53,810 nucleotides of DNA, taken from IMG/VR virus record IMGVR_UViG_3300030099_000437, positions 1-53,810 of that record, one strand, 5' to 3'. Under the pieces are notes generated by a model. The model was given only the letters and a program-made list of their open reading frames with translations, was not told the DNA's origin and did no database searches. Positions 53,665 to 53,810 of the stretch are shown in pieces; within the stretch, counting starts at the first letter, position 1; every line of letters begins with the position of its first letter. A program made the translations under genes and the position numbers. The DNA is from a virus. Taxonomy: Duplodnaviria > Caudoviricetes.

Positions 53665-53810
53665 ACTACCGTCCAATGTCCTGCAACAGTTACAGTGCTA
53701 GAAGAACCTATTGTGATTGGTCCTGCCGATAAGCCATTTGTACTGCTGTCTATTGTAATGTCTGTGCTGATAGAGTTGCCATTAGTTCTGATGATTGAAT
53801 TATTGCCTAA
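53661..53810 (-). CDS. C-terminus of tail protein truncated at window edge
   Basis: LGNNSIIRTNGNSISTDITI...SAGPITIG...GHWTVV-stop. Confidence 0.7.
   Translation of the reverse strand, partial: LGNNSIIRTNGNSISTDITIDSSTNGLSAGPITIGSSSTVTVAGHWTVV

Noticed and set aside
1-53810. Window ends joining directly into a circle
   Set aside because: Both ends lie in similar RTN-containing tail domains but do not overlap or continue one another; some tail sequence is missing

Overview
Near-complete (~54 kb) genome of a tailed dsDNA phage, probably a marine podovirus of an alphaproteobacterial host. The organisation resembles HMO-2011/cobavirus-type phages; this is inference, not a database hit. Both window edges fall in the tail-fibre region. 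A plus-strand arm (26.0-41.7 kb) carries many small early genes, a C5 DNA methyltransferase, a tyrosine integrase, T7-like primase-helicase, family A DNA polymerase, SSB, nucleases and a class II (B12) ribonucleotide reductase; no phage RNA polymerase is visible. A minus-strand arm (24.7 kb to 1, continuing 53.8 to 41.7 kb) carries small basic proteins, lysis genes, terminase, portal, scaffold, capsid, tail and internal virion proteins. The arms diverge from a 1.3-kb non-coding region. It holds alphaproteobacterial LexA boxes, IHF-like sites and a promoter-driven, ~380-nt densely base-paired, multi-pseudoknotted candidate ncRNA, followed by a small ORF enclosed by a 22-bp inverted repeat. Other notable items: two homologous promoter plus AT-rich elements in inverted orientation, a repeated RNA internal-loop motif in the scaffold/capsid leaders, a recurrent [MFY]xxGG peptide motif in late proteins, two genes with apparent ATC/ATA starts, and several small host-like ORFs (DUF1127, zf-CHCC, COX-IV-like, ArfA-like), most missed by the ORF track. 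All structures were paired by eye; no searches were run.
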